A stretch of 64,000 nucleotides of DNA. Origin: Raillietiella orientalis (Eukaryota). The first letter of the stretch is position 1; the number at the start of each line of letters is the position of its first letter. This document shows, one piece after another, positions 1 through 11,142 of the stretch. The DNA is taken from NCBI GenBank assembly GCA_036172245.1, contig JAYWIR010000076.1, forward strand, positions 248,001 to 312,000, in the 5' to 3' direction. The notes under the pieces were generated by a model that was not told the DNA's origin, did no database searches, and saw only the letters and a list, made by a program, of their open reading frames with translations. Made by a program: the position numbers and the translations under genes.

Positions 1-1092
1 GTCAAACCCTCGGGCCCCTTTTTAATTGGCTTCCCCGCCGTGACTTTCCACTTTCGGGGCGTTGCGGGCGGGGATGCTTTCTTTTCATCCGCGGATCGCT
101 CGTGGTTTTTTGCGAGTTTTTGCGGACGACGTTTTTTATTTGCCGCTGCGGCTTTTCGTGCAGTGGTCTCTTGAACCCGACGAATTTCTGCTGCGGCTCT
201 TTTTCTTGCAAGTTCCGGGCACTTTTTGATTTCGTGCCCGGAATCTTTGCAATAGCGGCAACTTGGAGAAGGGCACACTTTAATTCGGTGCCCATCCTTG
301 CCGCACTGCTCGCACGCGCGAGTCTGGCCTATGAACCACAGGTGAACGACCGTGCCGTTCACCTGCAGCTGCTCAGGCACTACACGCCTATTCGCGAAGG
401 TGATCCGCGCGGAAACTTGTCCGATGTGGACAGAGGAGAAATCCTTCAAAGGGTTCGGCGTCCTCCAGAGGGCGTGCACGGTGGAGAACTTCGCCAGCAC
501 ACTTACGACATCGCGGTCGGAGATTTCCGGTTCGATGTCGCACAATTGAACGACAAAAGAGTCGTCCATCGCGGTAGGTAGGACTTCCTTGCCATTGATG
601 GTCAACGGAGTACGGAGAAGGCGCTGCACAAGTGCTGCGTTCTTGCACCGAATCTTCGTATATTCCATCCTGCCAGCAGGCATTATGGCAAGGAGTTCCT
701 CCTCGAGAACGCCGATCCGGACGAGCTCATCATTGAGCTCACGACCGATTCTCCCGTTAAGGGGTCAACTGACCTTATAACGGAGTGCAGGCATGTATCC
801 TGATGACACATATGCCTGGAACTCCGAATCGCAGGGTTCTGGTTTTTGGGAGGTAACCGCGGCGTAACTCCTCACCGGGGGCGAGGAAACCATTACGGAG
901 GATGCGGCCGCTTCAAGTGCAGCTGAAGTGCATCCAGTGGCTTGCTCCTCCACACTATCCTGTGTACTGGCCATGTTGCACCATGCTACTTGGCAGATTG
1001 CACAGGAATACACAAGTGCTAGCAAAAACGCAGGCACAAAGTTGCCCGATCGTTGGCGCGGATAGACGCGGAAACACGTCTGCACTGTACGT
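1..1092 (-). mobile_element. 5' part of a B-like L1/Tx1-type LINE (copy E1): 5' UTR plus disrupted ORF1 (ATG at 974), running off the window edge
   Basis: Minus-strand translation gives SEFQAYVSSGYMPALRYKVS and CEQCGKDGHRIKVC / CRYCKDSGHEIKKC knuckles, homologous to ORF1 at 50445. 5' motif CAGACGTGTT at 1073-1082. In-frame stop at 765. Confidence 0.85.
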
Positions 1093-1485
1093 GCGCAGGA
1101 GATGGAGACGATCGCGGGTGGTCGGTTGTATTGGCGATGCGGCCTCCGCAACACCTGCGGGGTCGCGTTCTTCGTGAAGCCAGCGATAGACGCTGCCGTG
1201 AAGGGCGTGCGCTTCGATGACGACGGTCGGATCGGTCAGCTGATTCTCAGCTGGTCCGACTCGATCGACCTAATCGTCACAAACGTGTATGGCCATAGCG
1301 GCAAACAGGGGTACCGCGACCGCACCAGGCTGCTGGAAACCCTGAAACGCGACTGGCTGGCGGATACCAAAGTGCGAAAGGCTCACCTGATAGCGGAGAT
1401 TTCAATCGAGTGCGGACGTGTTTTTCTTCGCTCTCGTCTCCGTGCTTTCATCCGCTTCATCTTGGCGTCGTACATTTTGACGACG

Positions 1486-3449
1486 ATGTCGACCCAACTT
1501 GAAGCTACTGAAGTTGGAGGAACAGCATCCGGATCTGCAATCGCGGAACCGACGGCCGCCTCCACTTCGTGTTGCTCGCCAATGGCGAGAAGTTTTGTTG
1601 ACGTTGCTGCCGCGGCAGCCCTCAAAGGGGTACCACCCAACAAGACGGAGGTGCAGGCCTACGTAGCCCAGGGCTACAATCCTGCACTCCGCAACCAGGT
1701 CAGTGGATTTGTTTCTGTTCGCGACGGTAATTAGTTGAACGATGAACTGACCCGTGTCGGCGTGCGGGAGGAAGACCTACTGGCCATTATGCCCGTCAAA
1801 AGTTTGGGATATTTCAAAGTGCGCTGCTAAGACGCGGCTGTTGTGCAACGCTTGCTGCGCACTCCTTTGTCCATCCGTGGTAAGAAGGTCTTCCCGTCTA
1901 TCATGGATGAGTCGTTCATGAGGGTGCTTTACGGCATCTAACCGGAAGCTTCCGACCGCGAATTGAGGACTGCATTAGCGAAATTCGCCACGGTCCATGC
2001 TCTGAGGAATGTTGGAAGCACCCTTACGGACTTCCTTTCCATCGTCAGCGGTAGTGCCGCGGTTCGACTAACCATGCCGGACCGCCGGCTTCAACCCTCT
2101 AAGATGCAGGTGAACGACGGTGGTTCACCTGTGGTATTCAGGCAAGCCTCGAGTATGCGGAGGATACGGCGAAGTGGGGCATTATCCACAAAAGTGCCCT
2201 TTTGGTAAAGGCCGCTATTGCACGCAATCCGGGCACAACTTGAATAATTGATCGGACCTTGCTAGAAAAAAGGCAGCCGCAAAGCATCAACCTGCGAAAT
2301 ACGTCGCGAAAACGAGAAACGCGCCAGAGGAAAAACAGTGCGCACGGGCTAAGTCTCGTTCCGATGCGAAGCGAAATGCCGGACAACCGCAGCGTTCCTC
2401 GACGTTGAAGCCCCTCGAGTCCCACTTAGCGGCAGGGAAGAAAGAAAACAAACGCAGCGAAAGCTCAAAGGGCGACTCCAGAGCTCGTGTCAACGATCGC
2501 GGAACCGCGGTTTCAACCCAGGGTTAAACGAAGGTTAAGGGAAAAGAACCTCTAAACGGCGATCGCGGTCAAGTGGAAAATAAAGATTCCACGACCTTGT
2601 CCCCTTCAAAGCCGAAGAAGGCCAATGGCCAAAAAAGGAAGGAGGCCTTCGTTCCGGATTCGAAAACCGGAAAAAATAATCGCGCGCCTCGCGGCTGCAC
2701 CCCGTCAACGGAGAAACGCTCTCCGTGCGCACGATCGGAGAGCAAGCTCCCGACTGACAGGGATGCGACCCCGACGGAGACGTCAACGCCTGTCGCGCGC
2801 GCAGCGCCGCTGACAGCCGAGGAGTTAACCTCAGGGGTTTTCGCGGCGCAACAGATCGCCTCAGAATACATCGAGAACGAGTGGACGGTAATGGAGAGGA
2901 GCGGTAAGAAAAAAGCTCCAAAAAACGATCCACAGCATCCGCGGAAAGCGCTCCTGAAGGCGAGGAACTCTCGAATGATGAGAAAGTCTCGCGCGAAAGT
3001 TCCACGTGCAATATCGCGCTCCGAAGTTGACATCGTGGGAGGTGTAAAAACAGCCTCCGAAAAAAGCGATGCCACATTACCAAAGAGCGCAAAAACGATC
3101 GCTGTCCAACAAAAAGACAGCCGTTGCTCTTCGCGTGCCGCGAAGAGCGAGTCACGCGGACGCCATACGGACTGCGCATCGCAGAACGACCCAATTTCCG
3201 AACGTCGAGTAACTCGTTCGGAAACGGAGGCGCGTCGCGTAAAAGACGGCAGGCGAGAGATTTTGCGGCGAAGCAGCTTGAGTTCCCTCCAAAATCCGAG
3301 AAGGAGACACATGGGGTGGGCACCTCAACTGCATGCAGCACGACGGCACGACGGAGGACGGTGGCGACCGTCCCCTCCAGCCGGTCGTGCTGCTCGCCGT
3401 CCGCTCGCCGGATAAAGCGAGCAAAAAGCCGTCGCCTTCCCAGCAGTAA
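1486..3449 (+). pseudogene. B1 ORF1 (gag-like), disrupted
   Basis: Starts MSTQLEATEVGG like the intact ORF1 at 50445. Several stops and frameshifts. Ends at a TAATG overlap (3447-3451). Confidence 0.85.
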
Positions 3450-5382
3450 TGCGGGGAATCGCATTTTCTCGTCGTCTGTCCGTCGCGTGTTGGAACGTCA
3501 ACGGACTGCACAGCGACGAGAAGAGGCGGTTAGTTGCCAACGCCCTGCTCTTCTTCGACCTCGTGCTCCTGCAGGAGATTCACGTAATCTCCGACGAGCA
3601 GGCAGCCGAAATCGAGGAACGCGCAGGCGGAACGTTACGTTGGCGGTGTAGAGACGTTGCACGTGCGGCGGCGCGTTCTCCGTAAAGTGAAAAATGGCGG
3701 AAGCGGTGCGTGGTGTTCGTTTCGACGACGAAGGACGGGTAGCCCAACTTGTCATCAAGTGGTCCGAGTCCATCGATCTCGTCCTTAACAACGTCTACGC
3801 GCCAAGTGGCTCTCGCTACCTCGAAGAAAGAGTAGCTTTCCTTGGTAAGGAGCAGAGCCAATGGCTCAAAAACTTCGGCCCCCAAGTGGCGCACCTAGTC
3901 GCGGGTACTTCAGCGTCCGCCTGCTCTCCGACGATTGGAGCCGCCTCAGGGAGCGCGCGCTGCTCATCGACATGTGCGCGTCGGTGCACGCCGCCAACTT
4001 GATGGTCAGCGAACCTCGAATGCAAAGATCGCTCGATCATGTTTTGTTCGATGAAAACCTGCATTCGCTTGTGAGTAGAAGAGAAAGATTGTTGACTGGG
4101 CTTTCTGACCATCACAGGATGGAATTTGAGCTCCCTCTGCCAGGCAAGGGGCCTCCGTTGCAAAACTGGAGGATGCAGGCGGATTGGGTTAGCCATCCGG
4201 AGGCTGCGAAGCATCTCCGTGAACACCTCCGAGGCTTCGCCATTCAAGAACTCGCAAACTGGGATGATCTCAAAAGACCTTTCCGCGAGTGATGCTGCCA
4301 AATCCCCTTGCACCGGCTTCCACGCGGTTTCGGAGAAGGCGTGGCCAACAGCAGACACTTTCTGCAGGCCCGCAGGTTTTCGAGATGCGCGGATGTCAGG
4401 CGTCTCGCGGAGTACATGGCGAGGGCCAAGCGACAGGTCTGGCAGTTCGGAGCGGCATGCCTGTTGGACGAATAGGGCCAGGAATGTTCGGCCCCAGCCG
4501 AAGTACGCCTAATTGTGAGACGCTACTACTCTTCTTTGTACGAGGAATCACCGACGAAGGATATTCTCTCTGAGATACTCCTGTCTCAGAATGCTCGTGT
4601 TGTCGGCGAGGAGGAACGCGAACGTCTCGACGAGCCCTTCACGGCGGATGAATTTTCGTCCGCCATCGCTGGGCTGAAGAGACGAAAGGCGCCAGGCGAG
4701 GATGGGCTCCCTGCAGAGTTTTATCAGTGCTTCGCAGTGGAGCTCATTCCCTTGATGCTTAAACTCGCGACGCTGATGAGTGAATCCGGGAATGTCCCTG
4801 ATTCCTTCAGCTCAGCGAAGGTGCGTCTCCTGCCGAAAGGCGGAGACTTGCGCCAACTTAACAACTGGCGTCCGATCACCTTGGTGAACTCGGACGTCAA
4901 GTTGTTTTCCAAGCTGTGGGTCGCGCGGTTAGGAAGAATCGCGGAATCTGTGGTGAGCCCGGAACAAACCTACGCGGTTCCGGGACGATCCATGGAGGCG
5001 AACATCCTTTTCGCGCGTACATGGATGCAGCTGCAGGAAGTTGTGGCGCAGCAAAGCCACGCTGTTGCGAAAGTCACAGCCGCAGGCAAGAAGAACAGGC
5101 GCCGACGGCAGGAGGGAACCTCAGGTGCCTTGGTTGTCGCGGTCGATCTCCACAAGGCGTTCGATTTTCACCCGGATTTCGCCGGGGCGTTTATTGAAAA
5201 ATAAACTTTTACAAAGACGTGCGGTGGCTGGACCATTGCTCCAGCCACGCACGAAGAAACACAAAGCCTGCCGGGTCACCGGTTCGCAGACCGGTACGGT
5301 CCACCACGGCAGCAGGGGGAAGGGGGAAAAACAAAAAACAAAACAAAAAAGAAAAGAAAAGTTGGGAGGGTAAGGGAAGGGA

Positions 5383-7310
5383 TCACAGTTGCTGGTGGGG
5401 CCGTTGCATCCTTTGCAGGATGCCGGCAAGCTCCTTCTGTATTCCCGGATCCAGGAAAGGCCATCGGGACGCCCTCTTTAGGAACTGGGAGGCTGGCTGG
5501 ATGGCACCCTGGTCGCGTTGTCCTCACGTCGCCTTGCTCCAAGCGGTGACGATCCCGCGTAGGCAGCACAAAGCTGCTAACGAGGCCGCTGGCCGAAGGG
5601 CGTCGGCAACGAAGAGGGCTTTCAGTGCGTCCCTGGGGATGCCGCAAAGGATTCCGATGGCCGCGGCAAAGCGAAACCAAAGGGGCCGAAGGGCAACACA
5701 ATCCACTAGCAGATGGGGGATGGACTCCCGTTCACCACACCTGACGCAATTGGGGTCCACAGATCCCCAGGTCCAGTGGTGTCGGCGGGCGTTGCAGGGG
5801 AGTCCCCAGTGCTGCAACAGGAGAGCCGACTCCTGCCATTTTAAGGGGAGAACGCAAGTGTTCATGAGCACCGGGGGCCACTTCAGATGTTCAATGGGAA
5901 CATGGAGCAGCGCGCCCCAGCGCAGAAGTCCATTGGGAAGCGTACTCGGGGACGCAGCGTCTGTTAACTGGCCCGTCTTCCACTCCATTATCTTCTTCTT
6001 CTTTCCGGAGATTGTAACTGAAACCTCCCACTTCGTCGCAACATCGCTGTCCAGATCTTGCAACAGGGAGGGCAGCGCAGCAGCGAGAGGGGTTCTTTCT
6101 GCCCACGCTCTCTTCTTTGGATCCTCCAGGAGCTCGCGGAGCGTGCAACTTCTGTAACCCCCAAACAGGAACCTTCGTTCCTGTTGGGAGCGTTGCATGC
6201 CGAACTGTCCCCACGTTCGAACGGTTTCCTGCAACCAGGCACTACCGTTCAACGGGCGACAGGTGAGCAATCCTGGGTATTTCCGATACAGCGCAGCCAC
6301 CCTCCGTAGCTGGAGTCCGCATCGGTTGACGCGGCGACGGAGTGTAAGAAACGACGTCAGTCCCGTCTTGCCGGTGGCTTGCTGGAGAAGGAGACGTGCA
6401 GGGACGCACCAACAGGTGCACCACAACTCTGGAACGAGTGCCGACAAGCGGAACTGGAGCTGAAACTCCAGCCGCTCCAGCGCCAGGAGGCCCAGACCAC
6501 CAACCCGACAACAAGCGCACAAGTGCTTTAAGCGGACTCGGGCCCTCCCGTTGCCCCAAAGGTCGATACGTAGGAGGTCCTTTGTCCGCTTTTTAATTCT
6601 CTCTGTGGGGGGGCAAGCAGAAAACAGGGAACGGAGGAGAGAAGCCGCGAACGTGTTCCAAACCGCGGCCCGTTCAGGCAGGAAAAACCTGCCGCCTCGG
6701 AACGGGCCGATCGCCGTCTCTACTTTTTGGAGGTTGCCGTACCACGCTTCCGCAGGGGAGTAGTCCCCCAACGGCACACCAAGGTACTTGAAGTACCTCA
6801 CCGTAAGGATCCCCAAACGGACCCAGTCCTGCTGCCCTGCCCACGCCGCACCAACTGGCATCACGGACGACTTCTCCCTGTTCACCGTAAGTCCGGTCCC
6901 CGATGCAGCAGGTCGAAGAACTCCTCGACCGCCGCAGCCGGGGTGGACATAGGGAGCAGCAGCAGAAGGTCGTCGGCGTATGCTGAAACGGCCGGCGTAC
7001 CGGCACAGTCGTGCGGCAGGTGCGGCAGAGTTCCCCTGTACGCTCTCAGTACCAACTCAAAGTAGGTACTGCAGAGCAAGGGGCTCAGGCTGTCTCCCTG
7101 CCGGATCCCACGCCGCACCGGCACGCCGTGCACGGTCTGCCCGCTGAAAGTAACAGTGATGAGCGCGTCGCGCCAGCAGGAGCGCAGATAGGCCACTAAT
7201 GAGGCCGGGAAGCCCAAGCGTTCCAGAAGCTCCAGAAGGAGGGTTTAGTCGACGCAATCGAATGCTTTATGCAAATCGACTGGGACCGCGAGGGCTCCTC
7301 TCCCCTCCCG
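5383..7310 (-). pseudogene. A' ORF2 remnant (RT C-half plus zinc finger); endonuclease and RT N-half deleted
   Basis: VDLHKAFDC, GIRQGDSLSP, AYADD, KYLGVP and CVRCGERESIPHLLVDC motifs. Joined directly to ORF1-type sequence near 7310-7360. Confidence 0.85.
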
Positions 7311-7359
7311 ACCATCCCGTCCCCCATTGACGGACGCACAGAAATTCCGGTTGCTTATT

Positions 7360-8865
7360 ATGCTCCTGAGTTTCCCACGCTCATGGCACCCTCGCTTGCG
7401 GAAGCCATGTCTTCCGCTTCGACGGGGGAGATGAGCTTCCTTGGCTTTGTGGAATTACGTCCAGCCTTCTTGCGTGGTGCCGTGGAAACGGAGGCTGCGC
7501 TTCCGGCCTCCACCTCGGGGTCGGAAGTAAGGGACTCCTCAGGGGAGGCCGGACGCCTTACGGCCTTCTAACCAGCCTTGGAGGGTTATGGCTGCAACGA
7601 GGCTGCCAGCTCCTCCGCGGCTCGCGCGAAGGCCACGTCATCGATGGTGGTGCCGATGACGGACGCCGCCGCCGGCTCGCTCCCTTCGCTGTTAACAGAG
7701 TCAACAGAGGGGTTGTCGTCGGTAGCGGTAAGTTCTTTTTTGCAGCAGTCGGGAATACGCTCGATGACAACGCTGCATTCTTTAATTTGCTCGCTTGCCT
7801 GCTGTTTTTTCTGGCGGTGAGCGAGCTTTTTCTCCATCGTCCTCTCCTTCTTTGATTTTTTGGCCTTTGCCACTTGCCACCTAGTCTCCTGGCCGGCTCC
7901 CTCAACTTCTCGGCGTTGGTCGCCGGCGTCTCAAGTGCGGCCTGGGTCTTGGGCGAGGGTGGCACAGCCTTCGCGGCAGCTTTCTCCGCCAGCCTTTTTT
8001 GCAGAAGCCGGGCGCGTTTTTTACGGTTTCTCTTGGAAACCACCCGCACTGCTGCTTTTGGGCACACCTCCCTCGTGTGGCCCATTGTGCCGCATACTTG
8101 GCACTGCACATTGGGACACCTCTTCTTGAGGTGGCCCGACGTATTGCAGAAGCCACAGTATTTCGGCTACCCCACATACCAGAGGTCGACGGTTTCGCCT
8201 TCGACCACCAGTTTGTGGGGAAGAGTGCAGCCCTTCCAAACGGTCACCCGCGCAGCAGTGAGGCCGTGTTGCAGCCCCGTGTAGTCCTCGAAAGGACTTA
8301 CTTTCGTCTACTGCGCGTGGACCGTTCCGAACTGTTCCAAAGCGTCGCGAACCTGTTCTTTGCGCATTCGCGCGGTTACGCCTAACAGGTGGACCACCAT
8401 GCTGCGGTCCGCCGTAGTGGGGAGGAGCCTGCGCGTCTTCATCACAACGGGGGTTTCAAGCAGTCGTTGGTCCAGCTCTGCATGTTTGCAGATGACCTCA
8501 ACCTACTGACCCCTGCTGCGGATGGTCATAGCGCTAAGCTCCTTCTCTTTCACATCGAGAGCGCGCATGCCCTTCGAGAAGGCGCGCGCGCTCTCTAAAG
8601 AATATAAATTGCCTACCTTGTAGAACAATGAGGGGTTGTACCCTTCCTCTACATAGGCCGACAATTCCGCCGCGGCTGCAGGCGATGGTGCCGACACAAC
8701 GGCGTTCCACGCCCGCGCTGCAGCGGGGACCGATTCTGTGGGGGCGGATGCCCCCACCTTTATCGCCTCTAGGGGCAACGTTGCCGCCCCCCCCTGGCTC
8801 TCCATCGCCTCTGGGGGCGGCGTTTCCACTGCCACCTGGCCATTCTTGGTGGTCGCATCAGGCAT
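7360..8865 (-). pseudogene. A' ORF1 (gag-like), disrupted
   Basis: LPHKLVV..VDLWYVG followed by two CCHC knuckles (including CQVCGTMGHTREVC). CSVVIERI and AFARAAEELAA motifs shared with A ORF1s. Stops present. Confidence 0.8.
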
Positions 8866-11142
8866 CGCTGCCTGATCGACCACCGAACCACACGGCGCTT
8901 GCACTGGGGGAGACTTCCTGGCACGAGGAGCACAGAGAAAACACCTCCACCCTGGAGCACACAAGGCGTTCGACTGCGTAAACCAGAAGCTGCTCTTGCA
9001 GCTTATGGAACGCCTAGGGTTCCTAACGCAACTCCTGCTGTATTTGCGCGCGTGCTTGCGCAACGCGCTAACCGGTATCACTTTCAGCGGCTGCCGCATG
9101 TACGGTATTCCCGTGCGTAAAGGCATCCGACAGGGCGACAGCTAAAGCCCGTTGCTCCTTAGCATCTTCTTTGTGTTGGTGCTGAGAGCGTACAGGCTGA
9201 CCCTGTGTTACTTGCCATGCTCCTCTCCGGGTGCGCCTGCCGTGGCCGCCTACGCTGATCACCTGCTTCTTCTGCTACCCATGTCCATCCCGGCGTACAG
9301 TGTCAAGAATTTCTTCGACCTGATTCGTCGGGGAGCGGGCGTGAGCGTGAACAGAGAGAAGAGAGTGGTCGTTCCTGTGGGTGCGTCGTGGGAGGGGCAG
9401 TCAGACTGGATCCGCCTGTAGATCCCCACGGGCGGGTTCTATAAGTACCTTGGCGTTCCGTGGGGCGCTGTTGCCGCAGCCAAAGCGTGGTCGGACTGTC
9501 TTCAGAAAGCAGAGTTGGCCATTAGCCCGTTCATTAACGGAAGGTTTACCTTGCAGGAACGGGCGACTATTTGGAATATCTTTGTGGCCCCCCTCCTCCT
9601 TCCCCTGTTTTTTGTTTTGGACCCCCCTATGCGGCGAAACAGCGGGCTAAACGCCTGCTCAGTAACGCTCTCTGGGGTCCGAAGAGATCCAGGATCCACC
9701 TTAAAGATTCGGTTGCTCCGCGTCGGGATGCTGGTTTTGGTATCCTGACAATTTAGCGAATCGGACTGCAGGTGCAGTTCCCACTGCTGGCACTGTGTGC
9801 CCAGCTATGGACATGCCTCCTGTGTGTGCCAACACGCATTCTCCTTCGAAATTGCGCAGGCAGCGGAGGACTGCTCTCGCTTTTGCCGGGCACCGAATAC
9901 GGGAAGCGAGGTTTCGGGTTTCCATTGCGACAGTTGACCGCACTTCTGGAAGCTCACTCGTGGATCTCCTGCCGCCCAATGAACTTTGAAGCTTGGCGAC
10001 AGGAGTCTGTTGAATCCTGGGCGGCGTTCCAAGGAATACGCTCTAAAGATCTTCGCCCCTCGCGCCAATTTTTTCCACGATCCTTGGAAGAAGTACTGCA
10101 GGACGAGGTGAAGTTCTCTACCCTGGCTGCCACGCCTCTTGCCGCAGCGCTGTCTGCCCTCAGGGCAAGAAACGACAGTTACCAACAGGCGGGGTGGGAG
10201 GCTTTCTGCACGATAGCTAGAAGAACCAGACTCCTTGGCACCTGGAAGACAAGTGAGTTGGCGGACGCCGCCACTCCTCGTGTTACTGCAAAGGGACTCC
10301 TCCGGTGGGCAGAAGAACTTGCTGTCACCCCCGAAGAACTTGTAGTCCCTTCACAGTGTGTTGACAGTTTGCTGCTCTTCCTTGCTTGGAAGAAAGCCGT
10401 GCTGCTTTTCGTCCACTGGGGTTTTCAGTGTAACGAGCGTTGACATCGAGACTCTGGGAGACTTGCATCTGCCAACTGCGTTTGGTGCGGGTCGACGGAG
10501 TCGATCCCGTACCTACTTCTGGACTGCTTTATCCTACAAGGACTGTAGCGTTGGCTGAGAACAGCACTAATGCATCCCGTGGACACCGCAAGAGACTTGC
10601 TGCGACCATTCTTCACGCCGAGCGGGCTGTCAATAAGCGCAACGATTGCAACCATCGGTTGCAAACGCGCGTTATTTTCCGTCCGCCAGGTGCTGGTAAT
10701 CAACAAGCAGCACCAAGAGGTAATCAGGAAAGCATCCTTTTACATGGGAGCAGCCGCTAGATGGCCTCATTTGACAGAGGAGTCAAGAAGAAACCTCTCC
10801 GAAATACACCGCCGGTTTACACACACTCAGCAGCGGCCAACCCAGTGATGAACTTATTTTGTATTTTATTTTACACAACATTCTTATATGCTCCGGAACA
10901 TTTAAGGTGCTCCCTGTTTAAATCCCCGTGACTACGGAGCCTAACCAAAGACCCATTTCCCTTTCCTCCAGTTTTTCAGTTTTGTTTTTTATCCCCTCAT
11001 TTCTCCCACGTTGCGAGCGGTTTGTTTACCAGGCCTGCGTTCCGGTCATTTCTCTATGTTCCCTGTCGTTCTGTTGGTTGAAGACATTGGCCTTGAACAG
11101 TTTATCATTATTAATAAACGCCCCGGCGTGACCGGGTGATAA

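Larger units (their letters stand above)
5165..8959 (-). mobile_element. A'-family LINE, internally deleted, inserted antisense into the B1 RT motif with a 14-bp TSD
   Basis: CACAAGGCGTTCGA at both 5151-5164 and 8960-8973. 3' end (minus) AATAAACGCCCCGGCGAAATCCGGGTGAAAA. 5' motif variant TGGAGGTGTT at 8940-8949. Confidence 0.92.
3449..10848 (+). pseudogene. B1 ORF2 (APE-RT-zinc finger), disrupted and interrupted by A' at 5165-8959
   Basis: WNVNGL, LQE, SDH, KAPGEDG, NWRPITL and DLHKAFD motifs before 5164. KAFDCVNQ, GIRQGD and YADH after 8960. C-terminus HRRFTHTQQRPTQ matches the 60548 ORF. Confidence 0.9.
1408..11142 (+). mobile_element. Full-length, decayed B-family LINE (copy B1) containing a nested A' element
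   Basis: 5' end GAGTGCGGACGTG is identical to B2 (50367). 3' end AATAAACGCCCCGGCGTGACCGGGTGATAA. Flanked by ATTTCAATC (1399-1407) and ACTTTAATC (11143-11151). Confidence 0.9.

Noticed and set aside
1102..1734. Apparent endonuclease-ORF1 fusion ORF (similar extension at 50355)
   Set aside because: Read-through across the insertion junction and the B 5' UTR. The real ORF1 start is 1486 (50445 in B2).
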